Notes under the pieces: generated by a model
The model's input: only the letters and a program-made list of their open reading frames with translations
What the model was told of the DNA's origin: nothing
Database searches by the model: none
Shown here: positions 22,687-35,530 of the stretch, piece after piece
Position numbering within the stretch: the stretch's first letter is position 1
Layout: each line of letters begins with the position of its first letter
Translations under genes and position numbers: made by a program
NCBI RefSeq assembly: GCF_001194135.2
Contig: NC_069001.1
Location: forward strand, 24,310,091-24,355,040
Length of the DNA: 44,950 nucleotides
From: Octopus bimaculoides
Taxonomy: Eukaryota
Reading direction: 5' to 3'

Positions 22687-23906
22687 GCTAGCACATGTTA
22701 TTTATAATAAGAGAGATCATGAAAGAAAAATTGAAGAAGGAAAGTTTCCATATCTAACTTATACTTTATAAAAACAACAATAATTATAAACATAAAACAT
22801 ATATAACAAAGCGTTAAGAAAGACCAAAGAATGGGCAAAAATATCAAAAATATGAAAACTTGATAATTTGTTTTGGAACATATGCGGAATGTAATGTAAG
22901 TTTGTCCTTATCTTTCTCTCAGTGATGTATCAAGAACAGGGAAAAAAATTGATGATGAAGGGTTGTGAGCATTGTAACCTTTGAGATTACTTACTGCGTC
23001 GAATTCTTGACCATTTATCAGTGGTTTTCCCAAGACTAGCGTTGTCATAGTAATAGCAATAGTGATGGTTTTAGAAGCTATTTATGAGATCAGGATGACC
23101 TTTGTCTCGGTCAGGCTTTCTCATATATCGCATGACAACATCAACTTCGTAATTGGGTAGTTATGGCAAACTCTTACCAGAAGCAGTGATATAGTAAACA
23201 GGCGATGGTGGTGGTGGTGGTGATGGCAACAATGGTGGCGGTGGTGGTGCTTCTATGACTATTGTATTGTTTCAAGATCAGTTTATGATATGTTTATTAT
23301 GAAATTATGATATAATTATCACACGATATTCTGATTTTGTGTGGAATCAAATGATTGTCACTGAGAGATTAAATGGACCCCATTAACTATTGTGATTTCT
23401 TCTTCTTCTTCTTCTTCTTCTTCTTCCTTTTTTTTTTTGCATTACTAAATCAAAATTCAAACCAAGGTAGCTGGCTTTCGTTTCTTTGTCTCTGGACAGC
23501 ATGTATATATCACTCACTTAAGTTCTTATTACTGGTTGAGGATTTTATCCAACAAGAGTCCTGAAGGAAGGTCACATACTTCTGCTTCTTGAAATCAAGA
23601 AGGAAGAATTATTAAGCTCTCAAAAACGCAATTACGAAAAGCCCTAAAACAACACATGCTACAATGATAAGTAAGGGCAATGAGAGCCTGTGATTGACAA
23701 GACAAGAAAGCAGGCTGCAATGTTACATCACATATCTGTTCCTAAGCTGGTCCCATATTACAAACATGTCATAATATAAAGATCTGAGGAAAGGATATTG
23801 TTTGCGATATTGACCATTGGTTCTTCAGTGCCTTTATGTCTCAGTATGGGCCAGGAGTGTCTATCGAATTAATATACAATGCCATGTGGTTGGGTGGATT
23901 GTGTTC

Positions 23907-25193
23907 TTTAAGTAATATGAATTAGTTTCCTGAGATGAAATAAAGCTATCTTCAAAGAATGTCTTGCAGAGAACAACAACAAAAATAACAACTCCAAATA
24001 GAAACAATAACAAGAGAGTATTGAAGACAAAAATAAGAACAGAAATAAAGGGTTTTCATAGTAATTTATCTTTGGTTATCAGCTGATTCTCTGTTACCTT
24101 CTATGACAAAAATCTACCTTCATACTGGTCACCCTGAATATCATAGGATCTGGTCGACCCAAATATCACAGAATAATCTTGAAGATGTACTTTCCTTTTG
24201 ATGTAAAGAGAAAAGCTTATGGGAAAATAAAAATGCTGAGGTGACATGGAATGGCACACATTCGGATAGGGTCTCCATGATCATACAAAATCGTAAGACC
24301 CCTGCAGACTACAGTCCGAAATAAAGCCAGTAAATCTGTTGGTGCTGAGCAGAATGACTATTACAAGTGTTATTGTAAAAGTCCCTCGTGAACTTGCTAA
24401 CCACAGAAGCTGGAAATTCAGTAATAGGAAAGAAGTTAATTAATACAAGACATTTATATCATTAATCAATGTTCAGTATAAGCTGATTAATTATGTACAT
24501 TGTATTCTGTTTGAACACCCAGTATTGCAAACTACTTATTGATTTGGCTAAGCAATGTTATTACTAACTCAAATGCAGTTTTGGTGACTAGGAATAGTAA
24601 TTCCAAGTAATAGGAAACAGAAATGTTGAAACATATGGATGAGGGTGAAGAGAAAGTGAAAATGAGAGAGAGGGCGAGAGGAAGAGTCAGAGAGAGCGAG
24701 AGAGGCAAAGAGAGAGAGGGGGAGACAGACAGAGAGAGGGCATGGTAAGAGTAGGATAAAAAGAGAGAGAAGGGGAGAGCAAGAAAGGTAACGTAATAGT
24801 ATGATAAAAAGAGAGAAAGGGAGAGAGAGAAAAGGAAGGTAGGAGTACGATAAAGAGAAAGAGAGGTAGAGAGAGAAGAGGAGTGAGAGAAAAAGGTAAA
24901 GAAACAGAGAACAATAAATGCAAACGATGAAGAAAAGCAGAAATAATATGGTTAAAAGAATATGTTTTTTAAGTAATCTAAATTAGTTTCCTGAGATGAA
25001 ATAAAGCTATCTTCAAAGAATGTCTTGCAGAGAACAACAACAACAAAAATAAAAACTCCAAATAGAAACAGCAACAAAAGAGCATTGGAAACAAGAATAC
25101 GAACAAAATTAAAGGTTTTTCAGAGTAATTTATCTTTGGTTATCGGCTAATTCTCTGTTACCTTCTAACTATGACAAAAATCTATCTTCATAC
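23907..25193 (+). repeat. Local direct duplication, 23907-24126 and 24968-25193
   Basis: TTAGTTTCCTGAGATGAAATAAAGCTATCTTCAAAGAATGTCTTGCAGAGAACAACAAC is identical in both; the rest is diverged. Confidence 0.9.
24662..24910. repeat. GA-rich low-complexity tract
   Basis: Directly visible. Confidence 0.9.
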
Positions 25194-25633
25194 TTCACAA
25201 ACTCATCTTATCTTTTAAGTGACATAGACAGATAGACAAACAAACAGACACATGCACTACCCTCGTCCATTCTCTCACTCACCCACCCACCCATCGTTTC
25301 TCATCTTGTCTCCTTCCCGTATATATTTCTAAACACTCAAATACAGTCGTATACACACATACCTCAGAAACTTACATAATTTTCGCTATTTTTAGCTTGA
25401 AAGAATATTGCCCCAATCCTTTGTGTAACAACTTCAGATAATAGTTATCGTAGTAATGAACATAACTTTTTATTATCTTTTCTCTTTTCTCTCTTTGGGG
25501 ATCAATAAAACAAAGTACCAGTCAAATAATGAGGTAAATTAATATTTCTAAAAAGCATCCTGATGGGAACGAAGTTATAACAAGTGTTATTGCCCCAATA
25601 TATCTAATAATAAAATTATTATTATTATTATTA

Positions 25634-25664
<31 letters not shown>

Positions 25665-25734
25665 CATTGCCCCAATATATTTAATAATGAAATCATCATC
25701 ATCATCAACATAATTATTATTATTATTGTTGTTG

Positions 25735-25947
25735 TTAAGGCAATGAGCTAGCAGAATTGTTAGCACATTGGGAAAAACACTTCACAGCATTTCGTCTGTC
25801 ATCACCTTCCGAGTTCAAATTCTGCTTAGGTCAACTTTTCTTTCATCCTTTCAGGGGCCCATAAATTAAGTACTAGTTGAATCTTGGGGTCCATGTAATT
25901 AAGTTATCCCCTCCTCCAAAATTGCTGCCCATGTGGCAAAATTTGAA

Positions 25948-25948
<1 letters not shown>
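25735..25948 (+). mobile_element. SINE family A followed by an (ATT)n/(GTT)n tract to 26091
   Basis: Family A motifs. Confidence 0.85.
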
Positions 25949-26009
<61 letters not shown>

Positions 26010-26212
26010 CATCATCATCGTCATTGTTGTTGTTGTTGTTATTATTATTGCTGTTATCATTGTTGTTGTTGTTGTTGTTGTTATTATTCAGTAGTTTTAT
26101 TTTTATAGCGTGCTTTCACTTCACTACCGAGCACAGCTCTGTGTGCCTTGGGTATGTGCTGTGGTTTGCTGTGGTGCTCTTATGGTTACTGTAGTAGAGA
26201 GGCTTATCAAAG

Positions 26213-26420
26213 TTATGGCAGTGAGCTGATGGAATGGGTAGCCTGCTGGGCAAAATGTCTGGCAGCATTTCATCTGTCTTTAGAGTCTGAGTTCAAATCC
26301 TGAGATTGATGTTGACTCAATACTTTTGGTGTTGATAAAATAAGTACCGGTCAAACACTGGGGTCGATGTAATTGACTTTCCAACACTCAAAATTGCTGA
26401 CCTCGTGCCAATAGTTGAAA
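26213..26420 (+). mobile_element. SINE family A, diverged
   Basis: GAGTTCAAATCC and GGGGTCGATGTAATTGAC. Confidence 0.8.
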
Positions 26421-26742
26421 GTTATTACTCAACTTGACTTAGTTTATCCTTATTCCTGGTAAAATTTATGCAGGTAGCGGGTTACTACCTGCAACTTCAG
26501 GTACCCACTAGCTTTCAGTAGTCTTTCAAGTGCTTAGAACCCTCCTAATAATCTTCCCATTTTCATGTTCCAAATTCTTGCAATTCACATTTTAAGGGAT
26601 TGTAACTTTTAAGCTTTTCATCTTCTTACTTTATAATCCTGGAATCAAAGAATTCCTGGAATCAATCAGAAAGCAACTTCCCTTTTCTTTGTTTATTATT
26701 GTTACATCAGGTTTATTAATTACTGTTTTCTTACCTGTTTGA

Positions 26743-26744
<2 letters not shown>

Positions 26745-26779
<35 letters not shown>

Positions 26780-26862
26780 TCACTGCCTGGAATCAAACTC
26801 AGAATCTTGGGTCTAGTAGCCCACGCTCTTAACCACTATGCCATATGCCCATGGACATATGG
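26745..26862 (-). mobile_element. Second partial copy of the palindromic element (tRNA-like head plus palindrome centre)
   Basis: Matches 15085-15170, including CCATATG-spacer-CATATGG. Confidence 0.85.
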
Positions 26863-27044
26863 CTCTCGATAATTGGCCTGTTTCCTGTTAATGGTTTCTT
26901 CTCAGAGCATCTAATTTCCAACATGATCAGTGCTTTTGTTGCTTTCATGCATTTCCAAGACTGGCAGGAACAATGCTGGTGCCATATGCTGTTGGAACTT
27001 ATCACAGTTTTTACTCTGTGGGCAGAGTTAATCGTTTAATGATG

Positions 27045-27450
27045 CAGACATGGCTGTGTGGTAAGGAAGCTCACTTTATAAATACATGGTTTCAGGTTCA
27101 GTTCCACAGCATGGCATCTTGGGCAAGTATCTTATACTATAAATCCGGTCTGACCAATGCTTTGTGAGCGTATTTAGCAGACAGAAACTGTGTGGAAGCC
27201 TCTCGTTTATAGAAGTGCCTGTGTTTGTGTGTCTGCATGTGTGTGAGTATTTGTAGTTGTGTTTGTCCTCCCACTATCACAATGTTAGTTTGGTTATGTC
27301 CTTCTCACAGAGCTGTTCAGCAGAAAAGATTGATAGAATATGTACCAGACTTAGACAGATAAACTTAGCACTAGGATGGACACGTTTGACAAAACCTGTC
27401 TAGGCAGTGCTCCAGCATGGTCGCAGTCCCATGACTGAGACAAGCAAAAA
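27045..27450 (+). mobile_element. SINE family B, old copy
   Basis: Diverged head, core and tail. Confidence 0.8.
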
Positions 27451-28559
27451 AAGAATTCTTCACTTTCCTCGTAGTAATTGATATTTATATATATTGAACT
27501 TTCTTCTTGATTGTTGTGTATCAATAGAAGCTGCCACCAGTTTCTTGGGATTTCAGATATTAGTCAATAATGTTTATGGTTTTGCTTATGTTCTTATTTA
27601 ACCCATATGTAATAGGTGAACCAAGAATTATGAGATTCGGCTTTACTCTGATGCTAATGTAACTATAAGGAGCTTAGTTATTCTTTTCCTTTTTGACGAG
27701 TTTGAGCCATTGGTCTGCAAACATTCCTGAACATCTTCAAGAATTTCAGCCGATCCTATTGGCCTGAATAATTATTTGAGTCTTGTATATATTTTTTGAA
27801 TTCAATGTATTGAATGACTAAGTTAATTTTAGACATAAATGGATGCATATCAACTCACTATTTTGTACTTGTATACACAAGCAGAGATGTACACAAACAT
27901 ACATGCGCTTAGAAACACACGATATGCAAATATTTCTTAGTTTCTCCCAAAATATAGCTTTAAGTTATAGAAACACCCGACGCACAATACGACAGGCTGG
28001 TAGTATTACAATGGTATCTATTATATATGTAAGAATATACATTATGCATTAAGTTGACACTCGCAGCAAAATTCCATTTATATATAGAATCATATATACT
28101 AGATATACTAACTATAGGCACACTAAAGTACGGCAATATAAAATGTATTATTCGTATATCCATAAGAACAATTTCTCAAAAATGATTTCTTTTCAGCAAA
28201 GTAGAAATCGTAAAACAAAAATTACACGTCAAACATTTGGTAATAGCGAACAAGCAAAAGAGACTACAGATGCTGTACATACATGATAGAGTTTTCCTCG
28301 ATGATGTTGGCAAAACGAGACTTGAATCACAAAATTATTAACTGTAACAGTTAATGAAGCAGATAAACACGACATAGCTTTGTCTACCATAAAGTCTATA
28401 GCAATCTCTGAATATCTGCTAATTTTGGTGCGAAGATTGCTTTGTGTCCATCGAGGCTATCAAACTATTAAACGCACACGCACGCACACACACATACACA
28501 CACACACACACACATGCACACACACACACACTCATGCACACACACACACACACACACAG

Positions 28560-28790
28560 ATGTGTGTTCTAGTGGCTAGAGCGTTGCATTCATGTTCAAA
28601 AGATTGTGGTTTCGATCCCCAGACCAGCTGTGCATTGTGTTCTTGAGGTGTAAACGGATAATTCTGCAATGGACTACCGTCGTACTCAAGGGAATGTTAG
28701 CTTATCGACGCCTAGTCAGTGGGGTGACATCATTCAAAAGCTAAAACAATACAAAGCGCACTGTGACTAATGGTATGTAACAACATCCAA
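28560..28790 (+). mobile_element. SINE family C-related, diverged
   Basis: AGTGGCTAGAGC...GGTTTCGATCCC...TTGTGTTCTTGAG. Confidence 0.55.
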
Positions 28791-28887
28791 AACTCAAGTT
28801 GATACTTGATACACACACATACGCTTGTCTATGTATCTATGATTGCATAAGTGGTCCACCAAGAGCTGCAATACAAACATACATACA

Positions 28888-28921
<34 letters not shown>

Positions 28922-28994
28922 CTTACATATATACTTACATATATACATACATATACATATGCGCTTCTGAAAACCAGAAAGGAGCAAACTGATT

Positions 28995-29150
28995 CATCAT
29001 CATCCTCATCATCATCATCGTTTAACGTCCGCTTTCCATGCTAGCATGGGTTGGACGATTTGACTGAGGACTGGTGAGACCGGATGGCAACACCAGGCTC
29101 CAATCTAATTTGGCAGAGTTTCTACAGCTGGATGCCCTTCCTAACGCCAA
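28995..29150 (-). mobile_element. RTE LINE 3' terminal fragment
   Basis: Reverse complement of 22130-22279. Confidence 0.88.
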
Positions 29151-30158
29151 GGCTATAAAACCAAGCGATCACTGGAAGTGTAAAAATCTGTAAAACTTTG
29201 AAGAAGTTTATCATTTAAATATCTATGCAAATATCTAGACATGCAACTATATGCATGAGGATACATACATAAAAACAAAACATATAAATTTGTACATGCA
29301 CAGATTCTAAATATTGCATACATACACACATACATGCAAAAATATCCTGTTGATGTTAATGAAATTCCAATGGGGAAACCTTGGATCTTGGTTAGAAACC
29401 ATCTCTGTGTTAGCAAGAAAGCTTGAATTACTATAAAACTGTATACATCCATACATGTACATCACATGCACTTATGTACATTCGTCCATCACGCATAACT
29501 CATACTCTGCTCTATTTTATTGTTAATTACTTAACATTGTTTCTTCATGTATGTTAACGACACATCGGGTGATTGATGTTGAACAGCAGCAGGGTCTGTT
29601 AAATCAATGCCGTTCTTTCTCAGCAAGCACTCGTGAAACAATACGCCTGCTTCTATCATTTCTATTATTTGTATTAGTTTATGACTCTTAATACTAGAAT
29701 GCTTTGACCAAACCTTCTGATGTCCTGATGTAAGAATCTTCTGTTTCGTCCACAGATCTCCAGCAGTTATTTTATATTTGTTGAACAATGGTATTCCTCT
29801 CCCTTCTTAATATAAGGAATGGCACTTAACTGCAGTTTAGCTGTGCAGTTGTCTTGAAAGTATTTGTAAATTAACACTTCAATTATCATTGTTAAAAGTG
29901 AATATTTCTCGCACAGAAACATACTTTGGTATATACAATGATTCCTGTAGCTTTACAGAGGACGGATGTGGGCAGAATTGTGATTCTTCCAAAGCCATCA
30001 TTGTCACCATTCTCACCGTATTTCAACTAAAATCACCATCAGCATCATCGTAATAATAAAAATTCTTCCTCATTTGGTATAAGGTCGCCATTTTTTACAG
30101 GACGAATTGATTACACAACTATATTAATCTCAGTTTCTTGACTGATAGTCATATATAT

Positions 30159-30194
<36 letters not shown>

Positions 30195-30445
30195 CGCTTT
30201 AAGGTGGTGCCCCAGCATGACTACAATCTAATGACTGAAACAAGTAAAAAACATTAAAAATAAAATATATATATATATATAAGCACAGGCGTGGCTGTTG
30301 GGTAAGAAGCTTTGCTTCCCGACCACATGGTTTGGAGTTCAGTCCCACTGCATGGCACCTTGGGGAAATGTCATCTACTATAGCCTCGGGTCGACCAAAA
30401 GCTTTTCAGTGGATTTGGTAGATGGAAACTGAAAGGAGCCTGTCG
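30195..30445 (+). mobile_element. SINE family B pieces (tail of one copy, then 5' half of another)
   Basis: Tail at 30195-30250, head and core at 30283-30445. Confidence 0.8.
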
Positions 30446-30449
30446 TATA

Positions 30450-31170
30450 TATATCCTTCTTCAAGATATTCTACAAACGCAGTAGTTGGAAAAAGTCATT
30501 GCTCAGATGTGTGTGGAAGAAAGAGATGGGGAGGAAGAGAAAGGTGACGTGTTCAGACTTGGTGTTGCTACAGCAACCAGTCTGCTTCATGTAGTTCCTT
30601 CCTGTTGTTAATGGTTGGTCTCAGTTTGTTTATAAAGAGGGCCTCCATGATTCTGAAATTGCCCCTGTTGCATTGGGTTGCACTAGAGGAAACTTTGATA
30701 TTCTGGGCTTGATACTTTCTAAAGGGTTTCTTTATCAAAGTATCCATGTGCATGTGCTCCTTTATACGGATATGCAGTTTCCTGGTAGTGCTCCCTGCAT
30801 AGAATGCTCCATCTTTATTGCAGACTACTTCGTATACCATACAGGCCCTCAGCATGGTTTGATGTCGTTGATGAGACAGTTGGTGAGTGTGTACCCCATG
30901 GTGCTATCTGCGGTATTTTTCCTGGACAGATCTTTCTTCATGGATGGACCATATGTTGAAGAGCTACAGTTGTTCTGTCATTGAAATATGGCAGTTTAAG
31001 GATGCACTTAGTAATATGGAATTTCTTATGTTGATTCCCCACTGTCGTGTTTTGTGGATGAAGTCATTTAGCTGCTGATGGTGGTCAGTTACTGTGCATG
31101 AAGTTCCTGACAAACTACTTGGCATTGGTAGCTTTGTCTGTTGCTTCACTACATCTGTCTCTTATACATG
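30450..31170 (-). mobile_element. Penelope-like element fragment, GIY-YIG endonuclease
   Basis: VYEVVCNKDGAFYAGSTTRKLHIRIKEH...RIMEALFINKLRPTINNRKE (ORF 30568-30855). Confidence 0.85.
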
Positions 31171-31479
31171 TGATCTCATTCTGTTCATATGTGGCTTTTG
31201 CTCTGGTCAGCAGGGCTGATTCGTAATGTACGAAGAGATTCCTACAAGCCACTTTTCAATAAAAATTCTTGTAGATGTAAAGATTCAGTTACTGGAAACT
31301 GAACACATTGTTCTTTGCAGGCAACAGTGACGAAATAAGCAAATTGGAGTTTGACAAGAGTTACAGTTAACAACTAACAGTGGGTCATTTTGCAGAGGGA
31401 GATTAGAGCAAGATCGGTAATATCAACCAAAGAAATAGTTAGCAGGGAAATAAATTAAGCTATATCTTTCTACAACTTA

Positions 31480-32300
31480 TCTCTTGGATGGAGCTGCAAT
31501 CCTGGGTCAAGCAAAGTCCAAGATAGAGCACCTGTAATCACAGCTCTCTACAGTTCAGACATTGTAGCTACTAGAACTTGCAAGTTAGCATTCTACAGAG
31601 GTCTAATCCTGGATAATAGCGATGACCTTCCTGGAAAATACTGGCTATTCTGTTCCAGTGGATTTTTATCCCAAGAACTATGGACAATTTCCAAAAATCT
31701 CTACCGTATCTTTGCTGCTTAGTGGGAAACATTACCAACTCAAGGTAAACTCCTAAAAGGAGAGAAGTGCTCTTAACTGGGTTTTCCTGAGATTTGTGCA
31801 GAATGACAAAACCATTCTGCATACAATCTTACAGTGTCAAAGTAATGCTAACTTGTGGAGTTTCCTCAAAAACTGTTGACACAAACAAAAGAGGTTTAGC
31901 TGTCTCTGAGTACATTTGCCATATTTATTTATCCTCGAGGGGCAAAAGTATTTTGTTCAATTTCTGGCCTTGGTGAAAGCAGTTGTCTGGTGTACATGAT
32001 TGTAAGGACTGAGTATAGATACTTTACCCCCAGCAAGGGAAATGCTTAGAGTAAGGTGTACTCTTCTCTAGTAAATTAGTTCAAAGGTCGATTGGCAATG
32101 CCAAACAAGGCCTAGAATCTACTTACAAAGGTTGTTGAAAAGTTTGGCAAGGGAACAGTCGATTCTGGCCACAAATACTAAAGGGTGCACAATCTAGTTA
32201 ATTAGGCCTCTTATTTAAAATGGTAGCTCCAAAACGATCTTTGCCTTCAGGAGCTGAATATCTCCTGTTATTCTCTGGGCAAAAACTACTTCAACAGGAT
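31480..32300 (+). mobile_element. Degenerate Tx1/L1-like LINE relic (zf-RVT-like region)
   Basis: Broken frames give WETLPTQGKL and KTILHTILQC....LWSF; boundaries uncertain. Confidence 0.4.
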
Positions 32301-32344
32301 TGACTGCAGAGACAGGACTAGGAAGGGAGTCTAAATTAAACTAG

Positions 32345-32517
32345 CAGGCGCAGGAGTGGTTGTGTGGTAAGTAGCTTGCTTACCAACCACATGGTTACAG
32401 ATTCAGTCCTACTGCGTGGCACCTTGGGCAAGTGTCTTTTACTATAGCCTCGGGCCGACCAAAGCCTTGTGAGTGGATTTTGTAGATGGAAACTGAAAGA
32501 AGCCCGTCGTATATATG

Positions 32518-32578
<61 letters not shown>

Positions 32579-32812
32579 ATATGCTTGTGTGTGTGTATAT
32601 GCTTGTGTGTCTGTGTTTGTCCCCCCAACTTTGCTTGACAACCGATGCTGGTGTGTTTACGTTCCCGTAACTTAGCGTTTCGGCAAAAGACACCGATAAA
32701 ATAAGTATTAGGCTTACAAAAAATAAGTCCTGGGGTCGATTTGCTCGAATGAAGGTGATGGCTGCAGTCAAATGACTGAAACAAGTAAAAGAGTAAAAAA
32801 GAGTAAAAGAGT
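32345..32812 (+). mobile_element. SINE family B, full length
   Basis: AGGCGCAGGAGTGG head to (AAAAGAGT)n tail. Confidence 0.93.
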
Positions 32813-33419
32813 AGCATTAATGCTAGTGGCAGTGCCCCAGCATGACTTAACCTCTGGCTCAGAGACCAATAACAGAATAATAGAATAATAGGATGTCACT
32901 ATTATACTTTCAGCATGCACCTTTAGGCCGAGAATAATTCATACAAAGAACTTGTCCTTGTTGGCCAAGGCTATGATAAGTTTGTGAGACTCCTTGACTG
33001 TCTGTAGGTCGTATTTCTTCTCTTGCATCATAATTAAGAAAAGTATTAATTCACAAAGGAGTTATTTACATGGGATAAAGTTTGTCATTCCTTTCCAAAA
33101 TGTGCATGCGTGTGTGTGTGTGTGTGTTTCCTGCAGCTGTTGTTGAAGCAAAAGCTGAACATCAACTCTATGAATCTCAGTGGTGATGGAAGGCCAACAA
33201 GCACCACGAACGCCGTTGTTTATTTTTCTGATAAACGTATAAACAAACGCTAATTCTTTCCCCATTTGTTTAGCTATATTTACAGCCTGTAGAGTACATA
33301 TAATCACATTCTTATTCAAAGATAATTGGTTTTTTAAAAAACAAAATATTTTGTATCATTAAAAAAATATTTTGTTGGATATCTATTCTTATTTTTCATT
33401 GAGGTAATGCCCAATTATA

Positions 33420-33635
33420 AACTAGGTATTTTGCAGTGATTCTTTGCATCCGTGTGTGTGTGTGCAGGCGTGTGTGTAACTATGCATGTGAATGAGTGTG
33501 TGTGTGAGAGAGAGAAAGAGTGAATAAGTGTATGAATGCTTGTAAGTATTTTGTATATATATGTATGCATGCATACAGTATATAAATGTATGTGTGTGTA
33601 TGTACATATGTGTGTGTATGCACATATGTGTGCGC

Positions 33636-33669
<34 letters not shown>

Positions 33670-33780
33670 ACACAGACACAAATATATATACATGTTTAGT
33701 GTGTATGTATATATGTGTGTATACATATATATATTGGTATATATTTATATAAATGTGTGTTTATGCGTGTGTGTGTCTCA
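33420..33780. repeat. Compound TG/TA microsatellite field
   Basis: Directly visible. Confidence 0.9.
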
Positions 33781-33784
33781 GTAA

Positions 33785-35225
33785 ATTTGAAAGAAGAGAT
33801 GTTGGGGTTTGTGGAATTAAAGAAGCAACTCATGGCACTGACATAAAAAAAAAATACGCTTGACAGAGCCTTAACAAGTGCTCTGGCATTCTACTGAATG
33901 AACTTGTCAGTGTTCCAACAACTGCTGTTCCTGCAATGATTGGCTAAAAAGCAAGATTAATTGCACTTAAGAAAAGTGATCCTAGAGTCCCAGAGTTTCT
34001 CCCTGTTCATTGTATTATTCATCATGAACATCTTGTAGCCAGGTACTTCAAATAGGGATATTGTAATGAAACCTGTACTTGAAATTGTGAATTTCATATT
34101 TTCAAATTGGAAGATACACTGACAGTTCAGAAATTTTATTGAAGAACTGGAATTTGAAGATGGACCTAGTGATGCATCTTTATACTGCGTTGTGAGGTGG
34201 CTATCAACCTTCAACATCCCAAGTGGGTTTATAGATCTGTTGGGGCTTATTATTACTTTAAGAATAAAGAACCGATTTTCCAACTGGAAAATGATAAATG
34301 GATGCGAAATCTGATGTTCATTACTGTTATAATGAACCATATACAGACTCCCATCTTGTCACACCAGGGAAAGAATAAGATTAAGTAGTTGTATGCTATC
34401 AACTTAATGTAACAGTCCCCTGAAGGGAATAATACTACTGTTGGTTAGACCTAGGAAACTGCACCGCTTCCTGGGTCTAACCAATAGTAGTATTATTCCC
34501 TTCATGGGACTGTCACATTAAGTTGACAGCATACAACTACTTTATTGTATCACTACTGCATAAATCTCCTTGAGAGATTTAGAAATGTATTATTTCTAAA
34601 AAAGAATAAGATTGTTCTGAACTTACTCTGACAGTTTTTAGCTTTCAGAGTATAATAAAAGCTTTTCAGTGAGACATATTGCCAAGAATTTTCTGCCATT
34701 ATCCCAATCTCAAAGAGTATATGCATTCCCTGATATTGCAATAGAAGACCATTAATTAGGAGAATACAAACATAAACTACCAAGACTGCTTGGTAATTTC
34801 CTGGCCAGGTTTGATGACTTGCAGAAGATGAAGCACTGTTTTATCCCTCTGATAAATCCATTCATGGTTAATGTGGGAATGAAACTAATGGAATTACAGG
34901 AGGACCTGAGTCTAAAGATGATCCTTAAATCCCAGTCTACAACTGAGTTTCAGGAACAAGTTTCAGAAGTAAAATATCCTGAACTGAAGAAAACTAGTGT
35001 GTCACTCATCTCAATTTTCGACATAGCCGACAGCTGTGAATCATTGTATTCCATAAAGAAATTTGTACAACTGAAGCATTGTGCAAACCTTACCAACCAT
35101 AACCTGATAGAACTAATTCGTAGAGCACTGACTACATACCGGCAACTTACAGCCAAGATGGAAATCCACAAGACTTCAATTAGCACCAAGAAAGAAACAA
35201 AAAAACTAGCACTCTATTGGATACC
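33785..35225 (+). mobile_element. hAT (Charlie/SPIN-like) transposase relic, C-terminal half
   Basis: PAMIG...VHCIIHHEHLV...VLEIVNFI...QFRNFIEEL...VRWLS; W...L.F...MNH....QGK; dimerisation region MELQEDL.LK...KYPELKK...CESLYS; stops and frameshifts. Confidence 0.88.
34383..34542. repeat. 160-bp foldback (about 76-bp arms) inserted in the hAT relic
   Basis: AAGTAGTTGTATGCTATCAACTTAATG... / ...CATTAAGTTGACAGCATACAACTACTT, 10-nt loop. Confidence 0.93.
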
Positions 35226-35227
35226 AT

Positions 35228-35530
35228 GACAAGGTTGCCACCAGTTGATCTGATCGATTGAACAGTCTGCTTGTGGAATTAAAATACAAGTGGCTGAGTA
35301 GTCCACAGGCATACATACTTTTAATGTAGTTCTCAGGGAGATTCAGCATGACACACACAATGTGACAAGGTCGGCCCTTTCAAATACAGATATTACTCAT
35401 TTTTGCCAGTTGAATTCACTGGAGTAACATGAAATGATGTGTCTTGCTAAAAGACACAATGTGCTGCAGGGAATCAAACTCACAGCCTCACGATTGTGAG
35501 CTGAATAATCTAACCACTTAGCCATGCACC
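35228..35530 (-). mobile_element. SINE family C-related
   Basis: Reverse complement resembles 16008-16300. Confidence 0.75.

Noticed and set aside
22995-23080. Signal-peptide-like minus-strand frame (TITIAITMTTLVLGKPLINGQEFDA) before a strong GTAAGT donor
   Set aside because: Weak acceptor; hydrophobicity comes from low-complexity ACT/ATT triplets; alternative frames are equally plausible.
11021-23154. 14/15 match AATTACGAAGT(G/T)GAT (NYEVD) at 11021-11035 and 23140-23154, minus strand
   Set aside because: Too short, with no flanking similarity; compatible with chance.
26469-26493. 9-bp perfect hairpin TGCAGGTAG/CTACCTGCA; also a 12-bp hairpin near 16845-16873
   Set aside because: Isolated short stems are expected by chance; bacterial-type terminators are irrelevant here.
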